Made by a program: the position numbers and the translations under genes
Shown: positions 47,371-57,120 of the stretch, piece after piece
Numbering within the stretch: position 1 is the first letter of the stretch
How the letters are laid out: each line of letters opens with the position of its first letter
From: Nanobdellati archaeon
GTDB taxonomy: Archaea; B1Sed10-29; JAGVWA01
Direction: 5' to 3'
Length of the DNA stretch: 63,527 nucleotides
Assembly (NCBI GenBank): GCA_018304505.1
Contig: JAGVWA010000005.1
Span: 1 to 63,527, forward strand
The notes under the pieces: generated by a model
The model's database searches: none
The model's input: the letters and a program-made list of their open reading frames with translations, nothing else
Told to the model about the DNA's origin: nothing

Positions 47371-48109
47371 TGAAGCAGTCCGATTCATTAGCGCGAACAT
47401 CGACAAAATGAAAAGGAAAAACACAACGTCAATATTTTTGCTCCATTCCTCGATCGTTGACTCCAGACAACTAGCGTCAATAGAAACGCTTTTCGACGCA
47501 GTCATAACTTTCGAAACAAAACAGAATACGCGCGGCGAAGTCGAAAGCTACTACAAAATCAAAAGATTCAAAGGCCTAAACATCAAACCCCAACTGAAAA
47601 AATACAAGCCGCGGATTCTGCAAAAACAGACCGAACAAAAAATGCAGGAAACACCGCACGAAAATATTGTAACCCCCCCCAAACCGATTCAGAAAGCACG
47701 AGAAAAAGCGCCTCCACTAGAGATCCCCATACAAAGTTACACGTCCGGGGGAATACCAAAAGACATACCAAACGGCCTACAATCAGTTGATGACCAAGTC
47801 AGGGAAATACGCCAAGAAATCAGGGAAGAAAAACTCGTCGGCAACATAGACAAACTCCTCTCCGTCCTATCCCAAAAATCAGAAATCAACCTCAGCAAGA
47901 GCACGGAACAGGAGATCGTTGAGGAAATCGGAAACCTGATAACGCAAGACGACTTTAAAATGCCAAAAGGAACCAGCATCCTAATCGAAGGACCCATAGA
48001 ATCACAAAAAGAAACCTTCACACAAGAAATCATACAACACCACCTAGCCAAACCGAAACGTACAACATCAAAGACAACGGTCTCGTGCTGGCCCCCGCAG
48101 GCGAGATAA
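47351..48109 (+). pseudogene. Fragment 2 of the frameshifted tandem KaiC-like gene (end of copy 1, start of copy 2)
   Basis: SIETLFDAVITF...YKIKRFKG then a second EGPIESQKET; frame breaks again at about 48052; may be an assembly artefact. Confidence 0.65.
47529..47612 (+). repeat. 84-bp block identical to 48365..48448
   Basis: CGCGCGGCGAAGTCG...TACAAGCCGC compared directly. Confidence 0.92.
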
Positions 48110-48822
48110 ACGAAACTAACCTGACAATATCAGAGCAAGTCTCTGAAGACCCTGTGCTCTTAGTGGCGAACGTTCTCAACGTCTTGCTCCCTAAGTACAA
48201 CATAGAGGAAATAACAAAATTCACGTCCTACAACTTAAGCAAGCTAAAAAAGTCCGCGATAACTTCCATCTTCACCCTAGATGACGAAATAACTTCGGTA
48301 GGCGAAAAGAGCGCACTCGAGACCTTGTTTGATGCGATCATCAGCTTCGAAACAAAACAAAATGCGCGCGGCGAAGTCGAAAGCTACTACAAAATCAAAA
48401 GATTCAAAGGCCTAAACATCAAACCCCAACTGAAAAAATACAAGCCGCAAACCCATATGGCCAAGACTAAAAAGGACGCCGAAAAACCACTAGAAGCCCC
48501 TTTAGTTGTTGAGGGCCTCGCGCCAGAATCAGCATCGATATCCCCAACACTCATGATGAAACTTCCGGCAAAAATCAGGAAAGAACCAGAAGAAAAAAAG
48601 CAATACCCGCAGGAAGTAGAAACAATTAAAATAACAACCGGGTTAGACCAACTATACCAGGTTATCCGAGACAAAAAGACAATCAGGATAGACGCCGCAG
48701 CAAAGGCACTGCAAGTTGATGAGGGCACGATCGAAACCTGGGCAAACATACTGGAAAAGCAAAACCTCGTCAAAATAAGGTACCCATCGTTTGGGAAAAC
48801 TATAATAAGCGTGATAAGATGA
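48055..48822 (+). pseudogene. Fragment 3: end of KaiC-like copy 2 plus C-terminal winged helix
   Basis: ALETLFDAIISF; TGLDQLYQVIRDKKTIRIDAAAKALQV...WANILEKQNLVKIRYP. Confidence 0.65.
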
Positions 48823-50378
48823 CTGTAATAGATGCATATGAAATACAAGATGGTGAACTAAAAAGCCGCGTAGAGATAACAGAAAACGAGGACTTCGTAA
48901 AACGATACAATCTATCGGCCCTCCGGATCGACATCGGAACCAGGGCCCTGCTTGACGAAATTAAGGGAGAACTCATCTCTACCGTAACGTTGCAATCCGT
49001 AGAAATAATAGATCCAAACAAGCTGCAGGAAATCAAAAACAAATTCTATGACCAAATAGTCGCAATGCTGCAGCGAAAGGTCCCGGGCCTTCCAGAAAAA
49101 GAAACGTCCCTCCTTGTACGCTTCTTGCTCAATGAAATGCTCGGCCTCGGAGAACTGGAACTCCTACTGAAAGATGACTACCTCGAAGACATCGCCATAA
49201 ATACCTCCACAGAGCCCGTCTGGGCATACCACAGAAAACACGGCTGGCTCAAGACCAACATTGTGGTGCCTACTGAAGAGGACATCAAAAACTATGCAGG
49301 CATAATCGCTAGACGAGTAGGCAGGCAGATCACGAACCTCAACCCCTTGTTAGATGCTCATTTAGTGACACAGGAAAGGGCCAACGCCGTCCTTAACCCT
49401 ATTTCGAGCAAGGGCAACCTAATCACCATTAGGAAGTTCGCAAAGGAACCATGGACAATAACAGACTTCATTAACAACCGTACGCTGAATTCAGAAGTAG
49501 CAGCACTCCTATGGCAGGCAATCCAATACGAACTCAACATACTCGTCAGTGGAGGCACGGGCTCTGGAAAGACGTCAATGCTCAGCGTACTGTTGCCATT
49601 CATTCAGCCAAACCAACGCATCGTTTCAATTGAAGACACACGCGAAATCCAGCTGCCAAAATTCCTGTTCTGGTCGCCACTAACGACAAGGCCACCGAAT
49701 ATTGACAAGCGCGGCGAGATCACGATGCTTGACTTAATGATCAACTCCCTTAGAATGCGGCCAGACAGGATCGTTGTTGGAGAAATAAGAAGAGAACGGG
49801 AAGCAGAAACACTGTTCGAGGCCATGCATACTGGCCACGCGGTATACGCCACACTGCACGCAGACACCATAGACCAAACAATAAATCGGCTGAAGAACCC
49901 ACCAATCAATATACACCCCTCGCTCCTTGGTGCCATCGACCTAAACCTTGTCATGTTCAGGGACAGGCGAAGCGGCATACGCAGACTGCTACAACTCGGC
50001 ACTTACAACGTTTCTGAAAGAACCGACGTATCACAAGTGAGGGCCAATGTGCTGTACAAATGGAATCCAACAGACGATGCACTTGAACCCACAATAAAAG
50101 CAAAATCAACAGCCATACAAAACAAAATCAGGACATATACAAGCCTGACAGAACAAGAGCTTAACGACGACCTAGCGCAAAAACAGGCGATCCTCAACTG
50201 GCTAGTGAAAAACAACACGCGAAAAGTGGATGACATTGGAAGGCTAATAGCGGAGTATTATCTGGACCCCTCCGTAATCGAAACAGCTGCAAACAAAAAT
50301 AAGCCCCCTGAAGAGCTCTTGACACAAACTGGCAGAGTGGAGACTGGAGAAAAGCCCATGGGAGCGAAGAAGAAATGA
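48819..50378 (+). CDS. Type IV pilus / secretion ATPase (VirB11/CpaF/ArlI family)
   Basis: LEDIAIN, TIRKF, SGGTGSGKT, IEDTREI, SLRMRPDRIVVGEIR, TGHAVYATLHAD. Confidence 0.95.
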   Translation: MTVIDAYEIQDGELKSRVEITENEDFVKRYNLSALRIDIGTRALLDEIKGELISTVTLQSVEIIDPNKLQEIKNKFYDQIVAMLQRKVPGLPEKETSLLVRFLLNEMLGLGELELLLKDDYLEDIAINTSTEPVWAYHRKHGWLKTNIVVPTEEDIKNYAGIIARRVGRQITNLNPLLDAHLVTQERANAVLNPISSKGNLITIRKFAKEPWTITDFINNRTLNSEVAALLWQAIQYELNILVSGGTGSGKTSMLSVLLPFIQPNQRIVSIEDTREIQLPKFLFWSPLTTRPPNIDKRGEITMLDLMINSLRMRPDRIVVGEIRREREAETLFEAMHTGHAVYATLHADTIDQTINRLKNPPINIHPSLLGAIDLNLVMFRDRRSGIRRLLQLGTYNVSERTDVSQVRANVLYKWNPTDDALEPTIKAKSTAIQNKIRTYTSLTEQELNDDLAQKQAILNWLVKNNTRKVDDIGRLIAEYYLDPSVIETAANKNKPPEELLTQTGRVETGEKPMGAKKK

Positions 50379-51256
50379 TAATGATTCCATTCCTGCCGCT
50401 GCCATACAAGGTAACATTGGAACTCTCCAGGTTCCTGAGGCCAGCAGCGCAACGAATAGCATTTCTTTTTCCGGGCCTCGGAATGCAACTCAAACAAGCC
50501 GAGGTCGACATTCCAGCAACATCGTACCTGTCGATCGTTGTGTTCTCGTTCAGTGCCTTTAGCATTTTCTTTGCCGCTTTTTTTCTCCTGGTAGGATACT
50601 TCGCAGCATCACGCCAACTCTTACAACTGAGCCCACTGCTCGGTATAGGCATAGGCATTCTTGTGAGCCTCCAGCAGCTCGCATATCCCAAGATAATCAT
50701 TATACGCAAAGGACGCGGTGTTGACAGGAACTTAGTGTTTGCGCTGCGCAACCTGCTAATACAAATGAAGAGCGGCGTGCCCATGTTCGACGGCATCAAT
50801 GACATTGCAAAAGCAGACCACGGAGAACTATCAACAGAATTCGCCAAAGCTGTAAAAAAAATCGCTACTGGGGAACCCCCAGAAATGGTTTTTGAAGACC
50901 TAAGCAAAAACAACCCAAGTCCTTATTTGAGAAAGGTGCTGTGGCAACTATCAGACAGCCTCAAATCAGGCGGCGACATAACAACAACACTAGAGGAGAT
51001 AGTCGATAACCTGACAAAAGAACAATCAATACAAGTGAAAAAGTTTTCGTCTGTGCTAAACCCGATTATACTGATGTACATGATGATCGCCGTCATCGTC
51101 CCCTCCCTTGGAGTGAGCTTCCTTGTTGTGTTTTCCAGCTTTCCCGCCCTGAACATCACGGAATTCACGTTCACGGTACTCCTAGGCGTCATTACATTAA
51201 TTCAATTCATGTTCCTCGGTTCAGTGAGGTCGGCCACGCCGAAACTGTTAAGGTGA
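50375..51256 (+). CDS. T2SS-F/TadB-like pilus membrane platform protein
   Basis: T2SSF pattern (IQMKSGVP, GELSTEF, SLKSGGD) with TM helices. Confidence 0.9.
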   Translation: MIMIPFLPLPYKVTLELSRFLRPAAQRIAFLFPGLGMQLKQAEVDIPATSYLSIVVFSFSAFSIFFAAFFLLVGYFAASRQLLQLSPLLGIGIGILVSLQQLAYPKIIIIRKGRGVDRNLVFALRNLLIQMKSGVPMFDGINDIAKADHGELSTEFAKAVKKIATGEPPEMVFEDLSKNNPSPYLRKVLWQLSDSLKSGGDITTTLEEIVDNLTKEQSIQVKKFSSVLNPIILMYMMIAVIVPSLGVSFLVVFSSFPALNITEFTFTVLLGVITLIQFMFLGSVRSATPKLLR

Positions 51257-52230
51257 AACCAATGGATGTATTCGAAAAAATCGGGAGCATTTTCCCTGGA
51301 AAACTCAAGGACCTTTACGCCTTAAACCTCAAGCAGTCATACATCAAAAGCACCGCCGAAAAATACCTGGGAATCTCAATTGTGGGCAGCATTGGGCTCA
51401 CCGCAATCGTGACAGCATACCTCAGCCTGTTCAGCACACTAACGATTTACCACGCACTCGGCGCATTCCTTGTAATGAACGGCGTGTTCTACTTCAACCT
51501 CTCATTGTCAGTCGACAAGAAAACGCGCGACGTAAACACGTCTCTCCCGGACGCACTGCAGCTCATGGCAACCAACCTGCGGGCAGGCTTTACACCTGAC
51601 AAGGCCCTGTTCCTCAGCGCAAAAGAAGAATTTGGGCCACTGGAAGAAATCCTAAAGCAAGCTGGCAAAGAAATCTTGTCGGGGACAACAATGGAAGCGG
51701 CACTTAAAAATATGAACAACCAAGTAAGCTCTGAAAAGCTTGAAACGGTAACGCAACTAATAACGCAAGGCATCAAAGCAGGCGGAGAACTTTCAGAACT
51801 CCTAGACCATACAGCGATTGACATACAAGACGAAGCAATACGTGAAAAAGAACTCAAGGCAAGCATACTGCTCTACAGCATACTTATTTTTATTGCCATC
51901 GCGTTTGGAGGCCCATTCCTGTTTGGTGTCTCTTCATTACTGACACAAACACTAAAAGGCCTCCTAGGAACACCACAAGGGCCAGCAGTTATTTCCAATC
52001 TCCCTGTGAGCATGGGCGAGATAAAAATATCAGAGCAATTCATGCTCGACTTTTCAATAGCCGCCCTGCTGATAAGTTCAATATCAGGCAGCCTCATCAT
52101 TGGGCTTATACAAGGCGGCAAAGAAAAGCAGGGCCTGAAACTCCTCCCAATCATTTTGGCCATTTCCATGATAGTTTTCTATGGAACCCGCGTTTTACTA
52201 GCAGGCATGCTTAGCAATGTGTTTGCATAA
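51253..52230 (+). CDS. T2SS-F/TadC-like pilus membrane platform protein
   Basis: LPDALQLMATNLRAGFTP, EFGPL, GIKAGGEL. Confidence 0.92.
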   Translation: MKPMDVFEKIGSIFPGKLKDLYALNLKQSYIKSTAEKYLGISIVGSIGLTAIVTAYLSLFSTLTIYHALGAFLVMNGVFYFNLSLSVDKKTRDVNTSLPDALQLMATNLRAGFTPDKALFLSAKEEFGPLEEILKQAGKEILSGTTMEAALKNMNNQVSSEKLETVTQLITQGIKAGGELSELLDHTAIDIQDEAIREKELKASILLYSILIFIAIAFGGPFLFGVSSLLTQTLKGLLGTPQGPAVISNLPVSMGEIKISEQFMLDFSIAALLISSISGSLIIGLIQGGKEKQGLKLLPIILAISMIVFYGTRVLLAGMLSNVFA

Positions 52231-52309
52231 CTCGTTGCAAAACCCGTCTCCAGCACAAAAACTGGCAAACCTTTATAAATAGACCCTGAATGAGTAATAA
52301 CGTGAGTAT

Positions 52310-52762
52310 ATGAAGGGACAGAGTGCACTAGAGTACCTAACAACCTATGGCTGGGCAATAGGTATAATAGTGATTGTCGTAGCAGCAATGTTCGCACTAG
52401 GCATCCTGAACCCAAGCACCTACACCAGTGACTCTTGTGTCGGTTTCGGCAAGCTGCCTTACCAGGAACACAAGGTAGACACAGATGGCATACTGACGCT
52501 GGTGCTCAAAAACGGGGTCGGCAGAAGCATATCAATAACAACAATGACAGTTACGCCGCAAGGTGGAACAGAGCAAACAGTGTTTACTAGCAACACGACC
52601 GTAGCACCACTAGCAGACATAACACTGGTAGCAGAAACAGGCGCAACAGGCTGGACAGGCACTGCTGGCGAAGCATACCAAGGAACAGTATCCGTGCTCT
52701 ACGACACAGCATCAATAACGGCAAACAGGGAAAGCGGCAGTTGCACAGGCGCGCTAGAATAA
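52310..52762 (+). CDS. Major-type class III pilin
   Basis: MKG/QSALEYLTTYGWAI...LGILNP; own TATA box upstream. Confidence 0.9.
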   Translation: MKGQSALEYLTTYGWAIGIIVIVVAAMFALGILNPSTYTSDSCVGFGKLPYQEHKVDTDGILTLVLKNGVGRSISITTMTVTPQGGTEQTVFTSNTTVAPLADITLVAETGATGWTGTAGEAYQGTVSVLYDTASITANRESGSCTGALE

Positions 52763-52810
52763 ATCGCGCTTGTCAAACCAATTCTTTTTCTACTGCCTTT
52801 TTATTCACAA

Positions 52811-53425
52811 ATGGGTTTAATAAAAAGCAGTGAAACAAAAATGACGCAAGAAGAAGTACTACTCGTAGACGACTCAGACACGCCCATAGGCAGGATGGAA
52901 AAAATCCGCGCTCATGAGGAAGGACAACTGCACAGGGCCTTTTCAATCTTCATCTACAACGACAAAAACGAGATGCTGCTCCAGAGACGCGCGCACTCCA
53001 AGTACCACTCTCCGGGCTTATGGACAAACACCTGCTGCAGCCATCCACGGCCTCACGAGGACACAAAAGACGCGGCGCACAGAAAACTACAGCAAGAGAT
53101 GGGCTTTGACACAAAGCTACATGAAGTATTCTCATTCATTTACAAGGCCCCATTTGATAATGGCCTTACAGAACACGAATTTGACCATGTTTTCATGGGG
53201 CTCTACAACGAAAACCCTCAAATAAATCCAGAAGAGGCCTCGGAATACAAGTGGATTTCAATCCCGGACCTCAAGAGCGACATGAAACAAAACCCGCAAA
53301 ACTACACTGCATGGTTCAAAATCGCAATCGAAAGCCACCCCGAAACGCTTCTGGGAAAAAACCACGCAGAATCTGATTTTCAAGCATCATCCGAGAGCGG
53401 GAATAAAGAAATAATAGAGCTCTAG
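52811..53425 (+). CDS. idi: Type 1 (Nudix) isopentenyl-diphosphate isomerase
   Basis: AHEEGQLHRAFSIF, LLQRR, WTNTCCSHP, EHEFDHVF, NPEEA, TAWF. Confidence 0.95.
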   Translation: MGLIKSSETKMTQEEVLLVDDSDTPIGRMEKIRAHEEGQLHRAFSIFIYNDKNEMLLQRRAHSKYHSPGLWTNTCCSHPRPHEDTKDAAHRKLQQEMGFDTKLHEVFSFIYKAPFDNGLTEHEFDHVFMGLYNENPQINPEEASEYKWISIPDLKSDMKQNPQNYTAWFKIAIESHPETLLGKNHAESDFQASSESGNKEIIEL

Positions 53426-53989
53426 CCACGTCAACACAAAGCCTAGCAGCGTCCCAAGAGCAATCTGTGCACCAGTGTGTGCCTTCAATGCATAGCGCGC
53501 CCAGGCCACGAGTGCAACCACTGGCAAGAGCCACAAAGCTGCTAGACCAAAAACATGATACAACACCACTAAAGGTCCAGCTGTGCCGATCATGTGCACG
53601 CTCGATTTGTATTTCAAGTTAATCAGGAACATGAAAAAAGTGTTGACGAAGTAAATCAGCAACAGCGACGTTACGAGAAATGGCGCCTTCAGGTTCAACA
53701 GAAAAACGCCGCCAAGCAAGTAACTCAGGCCGCCGTAGGCGAAAATCCGATTTCTCTTTTTCTGGTCAAACACATGGAAATCCGGAATCCTGCCTAGCTT
53801 GAACTCGCGCCATATTACGAGCGCGGGGCCAACAAAACCAAAAACCAAATAAACAATGAAGTAAACCCACCAATCCGGCATCCCGTAGCCAAACAACAGC
53901 ACTGCTAGGAAGACATACAGGCTAACGAACAATGCGTTGAACGCCCACGAAATGAACCTCGCCAGGTTTTTGACCTTCATCATAGTCAT
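53387..53989 (-). CDS. PAP2-like integral membrane phosphatase
   Basis: KSSVH and WARYALKAHT motifs among TM helices. Confidence 0.72.
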   Translation of the reverse strand: MTMMKVKNLARFISWAFNALFVSLYVFLAVLLFGYGMPDWWVYFIVYLVFGFVGPALVIWREFKLGRIPDFHVFDQKKRNRIFAYGGLSYLLGGVFLLNLKAPFLVTSLLLIYFVNTFFMFLINLKYKSSVHMIGTAGPLVVLYHVFGLAALWLLPVVALVAWARYALKAHTGAQIALGTLLGFVLTWLELYYFFIPALG

Positions 53990-54034
53990 TAAGAGAATTA
54001 CATATTTAAAGCCTAAAGGGCACATACACCAAAG

Positions 54035-54928
54035 ATGGAAGATCTGCAATACTACATAGATGACCCGTTCACATTCTCGGGTAAACAAGACCTCTTTAGC
54101 GAAGCCAAAGTAGTTTTCTTTGGGGTTCCGCTGGACGTAACCGCGAGTTTCAAAAAGGGCACGCATCAAGGCCCCAACGCGATCCGCGAAGCAAGCAAGG
54201 AAATCGAGTCATATAATCAAATGACTGAACGCGATCCCGTCGAAGAAACCAAGATTCACGACCTGGGCAACCTGTGGATTACTCCAGGCAACCTAAAGGA
54301 AACACTAGATAGGATAAAAGGCTTCACAAGCAAACTACTAGCGAAAAACAAAATCCCGTTCATGCTCGGCGGAGAACACACCTCTTCACTGCCAGTCATC
54401 AAGGCACTGCACGAAAAACACCCTGACTTGGTTGTGGTGCACTTCGATGCGCACGCCGACCTCAAAGACGAGTACAAGGGCGACAAAACAATGCACGCGA
54501 GCTTTATGCGCCGCGTTCTGGAGTTTCTTCCAAAAGACCAACTTATGCAGATAGGTGTCCGATCCTTAGACACGGAAGAAAATGAATTCATTAAATCAAA
54601 TGACATAAACACATTTTTCATCGACGTGGCCAAGCAAACAGACCTCGACACGCTGCTAGATGAAGTAAAGCGCGATGTAGAGGGATTCACGCAAAACAAG
54701 CCAACATACATCACGTTCGACATCGACTGCCTAGATGCATCGATTGCGCCAGGAACAGGAACGCCAGAACCCAACGGTTTAACCTATAATCAAGCAGCAG
54801 GCTTGATAAAATCAATCAGGGGCAACGTTGTCGGGTGCGACATGATGGAAGTCTGCCGCGATAAAGAAATGCTGACGCCGACCGTCGCCACGAAACTCAT
54901 TTTCAAAATGCTCGAGCTGATAAAATGA
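54035..54928 (+). CDS. speB: Agmatinase
   Basis: GGEHT, FDAHADL, FDIDCLD, APGTGTPEPNG. Confidence 0.94.
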   Translation: MEDLQYYIDDPFTFSGKQDLFSEAKVVFFGVPLDVTASFKKGTHQGPNAIREASKEIESYNQMTERDPVEETKIHDLGNLWITPGNLKETLDRIKGFTSKLLAKNKIPFMLGGEHTSSLPVIKALHEKHPDLVVVHFDAHADLKDEYKGDKTMHASFMRRVLEFLPKDQLMQIGVRSLDTEENEFIKSNDINTFFIDVAKQTDLDTLLDEVKRDVEGFTQNKPTYITFDIDCLDASIAPGTGTPEPNGLTYNQAAGLIKSIRGNVVGCDMMEVCRDKEMLTPTVATKLIFKMLELIK

Positions 54929-55467
54929 TCACTGGCACGAAAGTCAACATGCGGCGTGTCGAAGAGCGCGACATCCCAACAGTGACGAACTGGCTCAACG
55001 ACCCAGGGTTTACTGGGCCGCATGCTGATTTTCCGACGCAGATTACGGAATTAGATTTGGCGAAACGCGTCTTGGGCCCTGTCAATGTCCTGGAGTGGAC
55101 CGACTACGTAATCGAAAACCAAAACCGCGAGGCTGTGGGCTGGGCATGCCATTACATCGACTCCTTGAATTTTAACTGGCACGAAATCGCATACGCAGTC
55201 CTGCCAAAGCACAGAAAACAGGGTTACGCGACAGAAGCGGCTCAGCTCTTAATTGATTATTTGTTCATGACAAAGGACATTCCCAGGATACAAGCGAAAA
55301 CCAACTCCACAAATGACTGGTCAATAAAGGTTTTGGAAAACGCTAACATGAAACGCGAAGGCGCACTAAGGAAAGCGATTTGGGTAAAGCCGGGCAAGTG
55401 GGCAGATGGCCTGATTTACGGAATTACCCGGGAAGACTGGGCAAAGCCACGACTTCTAAAAGCTTAA
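54925..55467 (+). CDS. RimJ/RimL-family GNAT acetyltransferase
   Basis: EIAYAV...RKQGYATEA, NDWSIKVLE. Confidence 0.9.
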   Translation: MITGTKVNMRRVEERDIPTVTNWLNDPGFTGPHADFPTQITELDLAKRVLGPVNVLEWTDYVIENQNREAVGWACHYIDSLNFNWHEIAYAVLPKHRKQGYATEAAQLLIDYLFMTKDIPRIQAKTNSTNDWSIKVLENANMKREGALRKAIWVKPGKWADGLIYGITREDWAKPRLLKA

Positions 55468-55780
55468 GAAATAAACCCGCAGGGGTTGCAAAAGCATTAA
55501 ATACATTGTTTACCATAAGCATATGCGAGTGCGCGTTGTCATCTATCCTGTCATGCTGATAACCGGCACGCTGCGGCACTAATTCACGAAGCTTATTGAT
55601 GATGTCCTGCTTCAAGCCGGGCTCGTCTTCATTGATAATGATTCCGGTAGTGGCGTGCGGCGTGAAAACATTCACTAGGCCATTTTTTATTTTTGATTCA
55701 GTTAAGTGCTTTTGAATCTCAGCCGTGATGTTAACAAGCTCAAGGTGCTCCGTTGTATACAATTTGATAGTTTGTGCCAT
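55424..55780 (-). pseudogene. yjbQ: YjbQ/UPF0047-family protein, truncated after NAHSH
   Basis: LVNIT, PHATTGIIINEDEPGL, HDRIDDNAHSH; the family LGTWQ-containing C-terminus is absent. Confidence 0.75.
55472..55503 (+). promoter_or_regulatory. Orphan promoter (TAAAC-N8-GTTGCAAAA plus TTAAATA) with no downstream + strand gene
   Basis: Matches the element at 2141..2174. Confidence 0.5.
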
Positions 55781-55838
55781 GCATTCATTTTGGAACTCGG
55801 GGTATTTAACAAATGCGCATCTTTGTTTAGTCGCTCTT

Positions 55839-56387
55839 TTAAATTTTCAAAAAGTTCTCGATGATTTCCTTGTGCCTTGATTCGGGGTGGAACAAGACGC
55901 CGTAAAACGTTTTTGTTTTGTGTTTTATCGCATGCACTGTTCCGGTGTCTGATTTCGCCAGAATTTTGAAATCGCTTGATGGTTTCACAACGCGCTTGTG
56001 AAACTGATAAACGCTCGCCCTCTCGTTGTCAAAAAGCACATCCTTGTCGCTTATGTTGATATACTCTATGCCAATTTCGGTTTTCTCAACAAATTCTGAG
56101 CCATATATCTTCGCGATGATCTGCATGCCAGCACAGATCCCTAGCACCGGTTTTTCAAAGTCTTTCAAGAAAGAGAACTTTTCAATGCCCCCTAAGTACT
56201 GAGTGTCTTTGAGGGCATTTCCACAAATTATTAATTTATCTGCTTTGATGGCATCGCTTTTTGTTAGTTGAGAGTAGTGCTTTGTAGTAAAATCTTTTTC
56301 AACATCTTTTTCGACTATATCTTCTATTGGTTTTACGAACTCCAATTCCGACAGCTTTTCTTCACAGGTGCTAATTATGAGAATCAT
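55839..56387 (-). CDS. Class I glutamine amidotransferase
   Basis: PVLGICAGMQ nucleophile elbow, GVLFHPE. Confidence 0.92.
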   Translation of the reverse strand: MILIISTCEEKLSELEFVKPIEDIVEKDVEKDFTTKHYSQLTKSDAIKADKLIICGNALKDTQYLGGIEKFSFLKDFEKPVLGICAGMQIIAKIYGSEFVEKTEIGIEYINISDKDVLFDNERASVYQFHKRVVKPSSDFKILAKSDTGTVHAIKHKTKTFYGVLFHPESRHKEIIENFLKI

Positions 56388-57067
56388 TTTTCCACCAACC
56401 CTGCACCTTCAATATCGTAAGTTCCTGACTTCCCTTTGAAGTTCTTTGTGGCTTTCTTTATCTCGATTTTTTTCCTGAAAAATGGGGCGTCTGTAACAAA
56501 TGTTTCTATCTCTCCCCCTTCACCCGCTGGATTTATGTGAAACTCTTCTTCCAGTCTTATAAGTTCCTTGACCGCTTCCGTGTCGAGCTTTCTTCCAAGC
56601 CATTCCCCATCTAATGGCGGGGCGAAAACCCCGCCAATGATTACTTCGAATTTGTTTTCCAGCAATTCCTGTAGTAATTTCTTCTGATCTTTCAGCCACA
56701 GTGGATTGAAGCACCATAAATCCAGCTCATGGCAAATTCGCTGTACGCGCGAGGCCTGGTATATTGATTCCACTGCCCCAGTGACGACACCTTCGATTCC
56801 ATACTGCTCTTTTGCAGTGTACATCGCAGCCTTTAGGTCTTGCAGTTCTCGTTCTTTTTCTCCCTTCGAGATCCATGTCAGCAGTGGAATTTCTATTGCT
56901 TGCGCTTGTAATTCTGTTAAGTGAATGTTCGGCGTGTGGAACATGTAGCTCTCTGGGTTCTGGGACACGACGCTTATGAGTACTGAAATTTTGTGCCCGT
57001 ATTGCTGTGCTTTGTACATTGCGTAAGTCGAGTCCTTGCCGCCACTGAAGAGCGCTGCGAGTTTCAT
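56384..57067 (-). CDS. dph6: Diphthine-ammonia ligase (Dph6, PP-loop)
   Basis: LFSGGKDS, SYMFH, TGAVES, GEGGEIET. Confidence 0.92.
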   Translation of the reverse strand: MKLAALFSGGKDSTYAMYKAQQYGHKISVLISVVSQNPESYMFHTPNIHLTELQAQAIEIPLLTWISKGEKERELQDLKAAMYTAKEQYGIEGVVTGAVESIYQASRVQRICHELDLWCFNPLWLKDQKKLLQELLENKFEVIIGGVFAPPLDGEWLGRKLDTEAVKELIRLEEEFHINPAGEGGEIETFVTDAPFFRKKIEIKKATKNFKGKSGTYDIEGAGLVEK

Positions 57068-57120
57068 GGTTAGATTCTGTGAAAGATCATTAATAAATCC
57101 TCTTGATGTTTCATTAAATC

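Noticed and set aside
47236-48448. Possible DGR template/variable repeat pair
   Set aside because: The blocks are identical rather than differing at adenines, and no reverse transcriptase is present.
41955-52762. Archaellum operon
   Set aside because: No archaellin signature, and two separate T2SS-F genes rather than one ArlJ; fits a non-archaellum type IV pilus.
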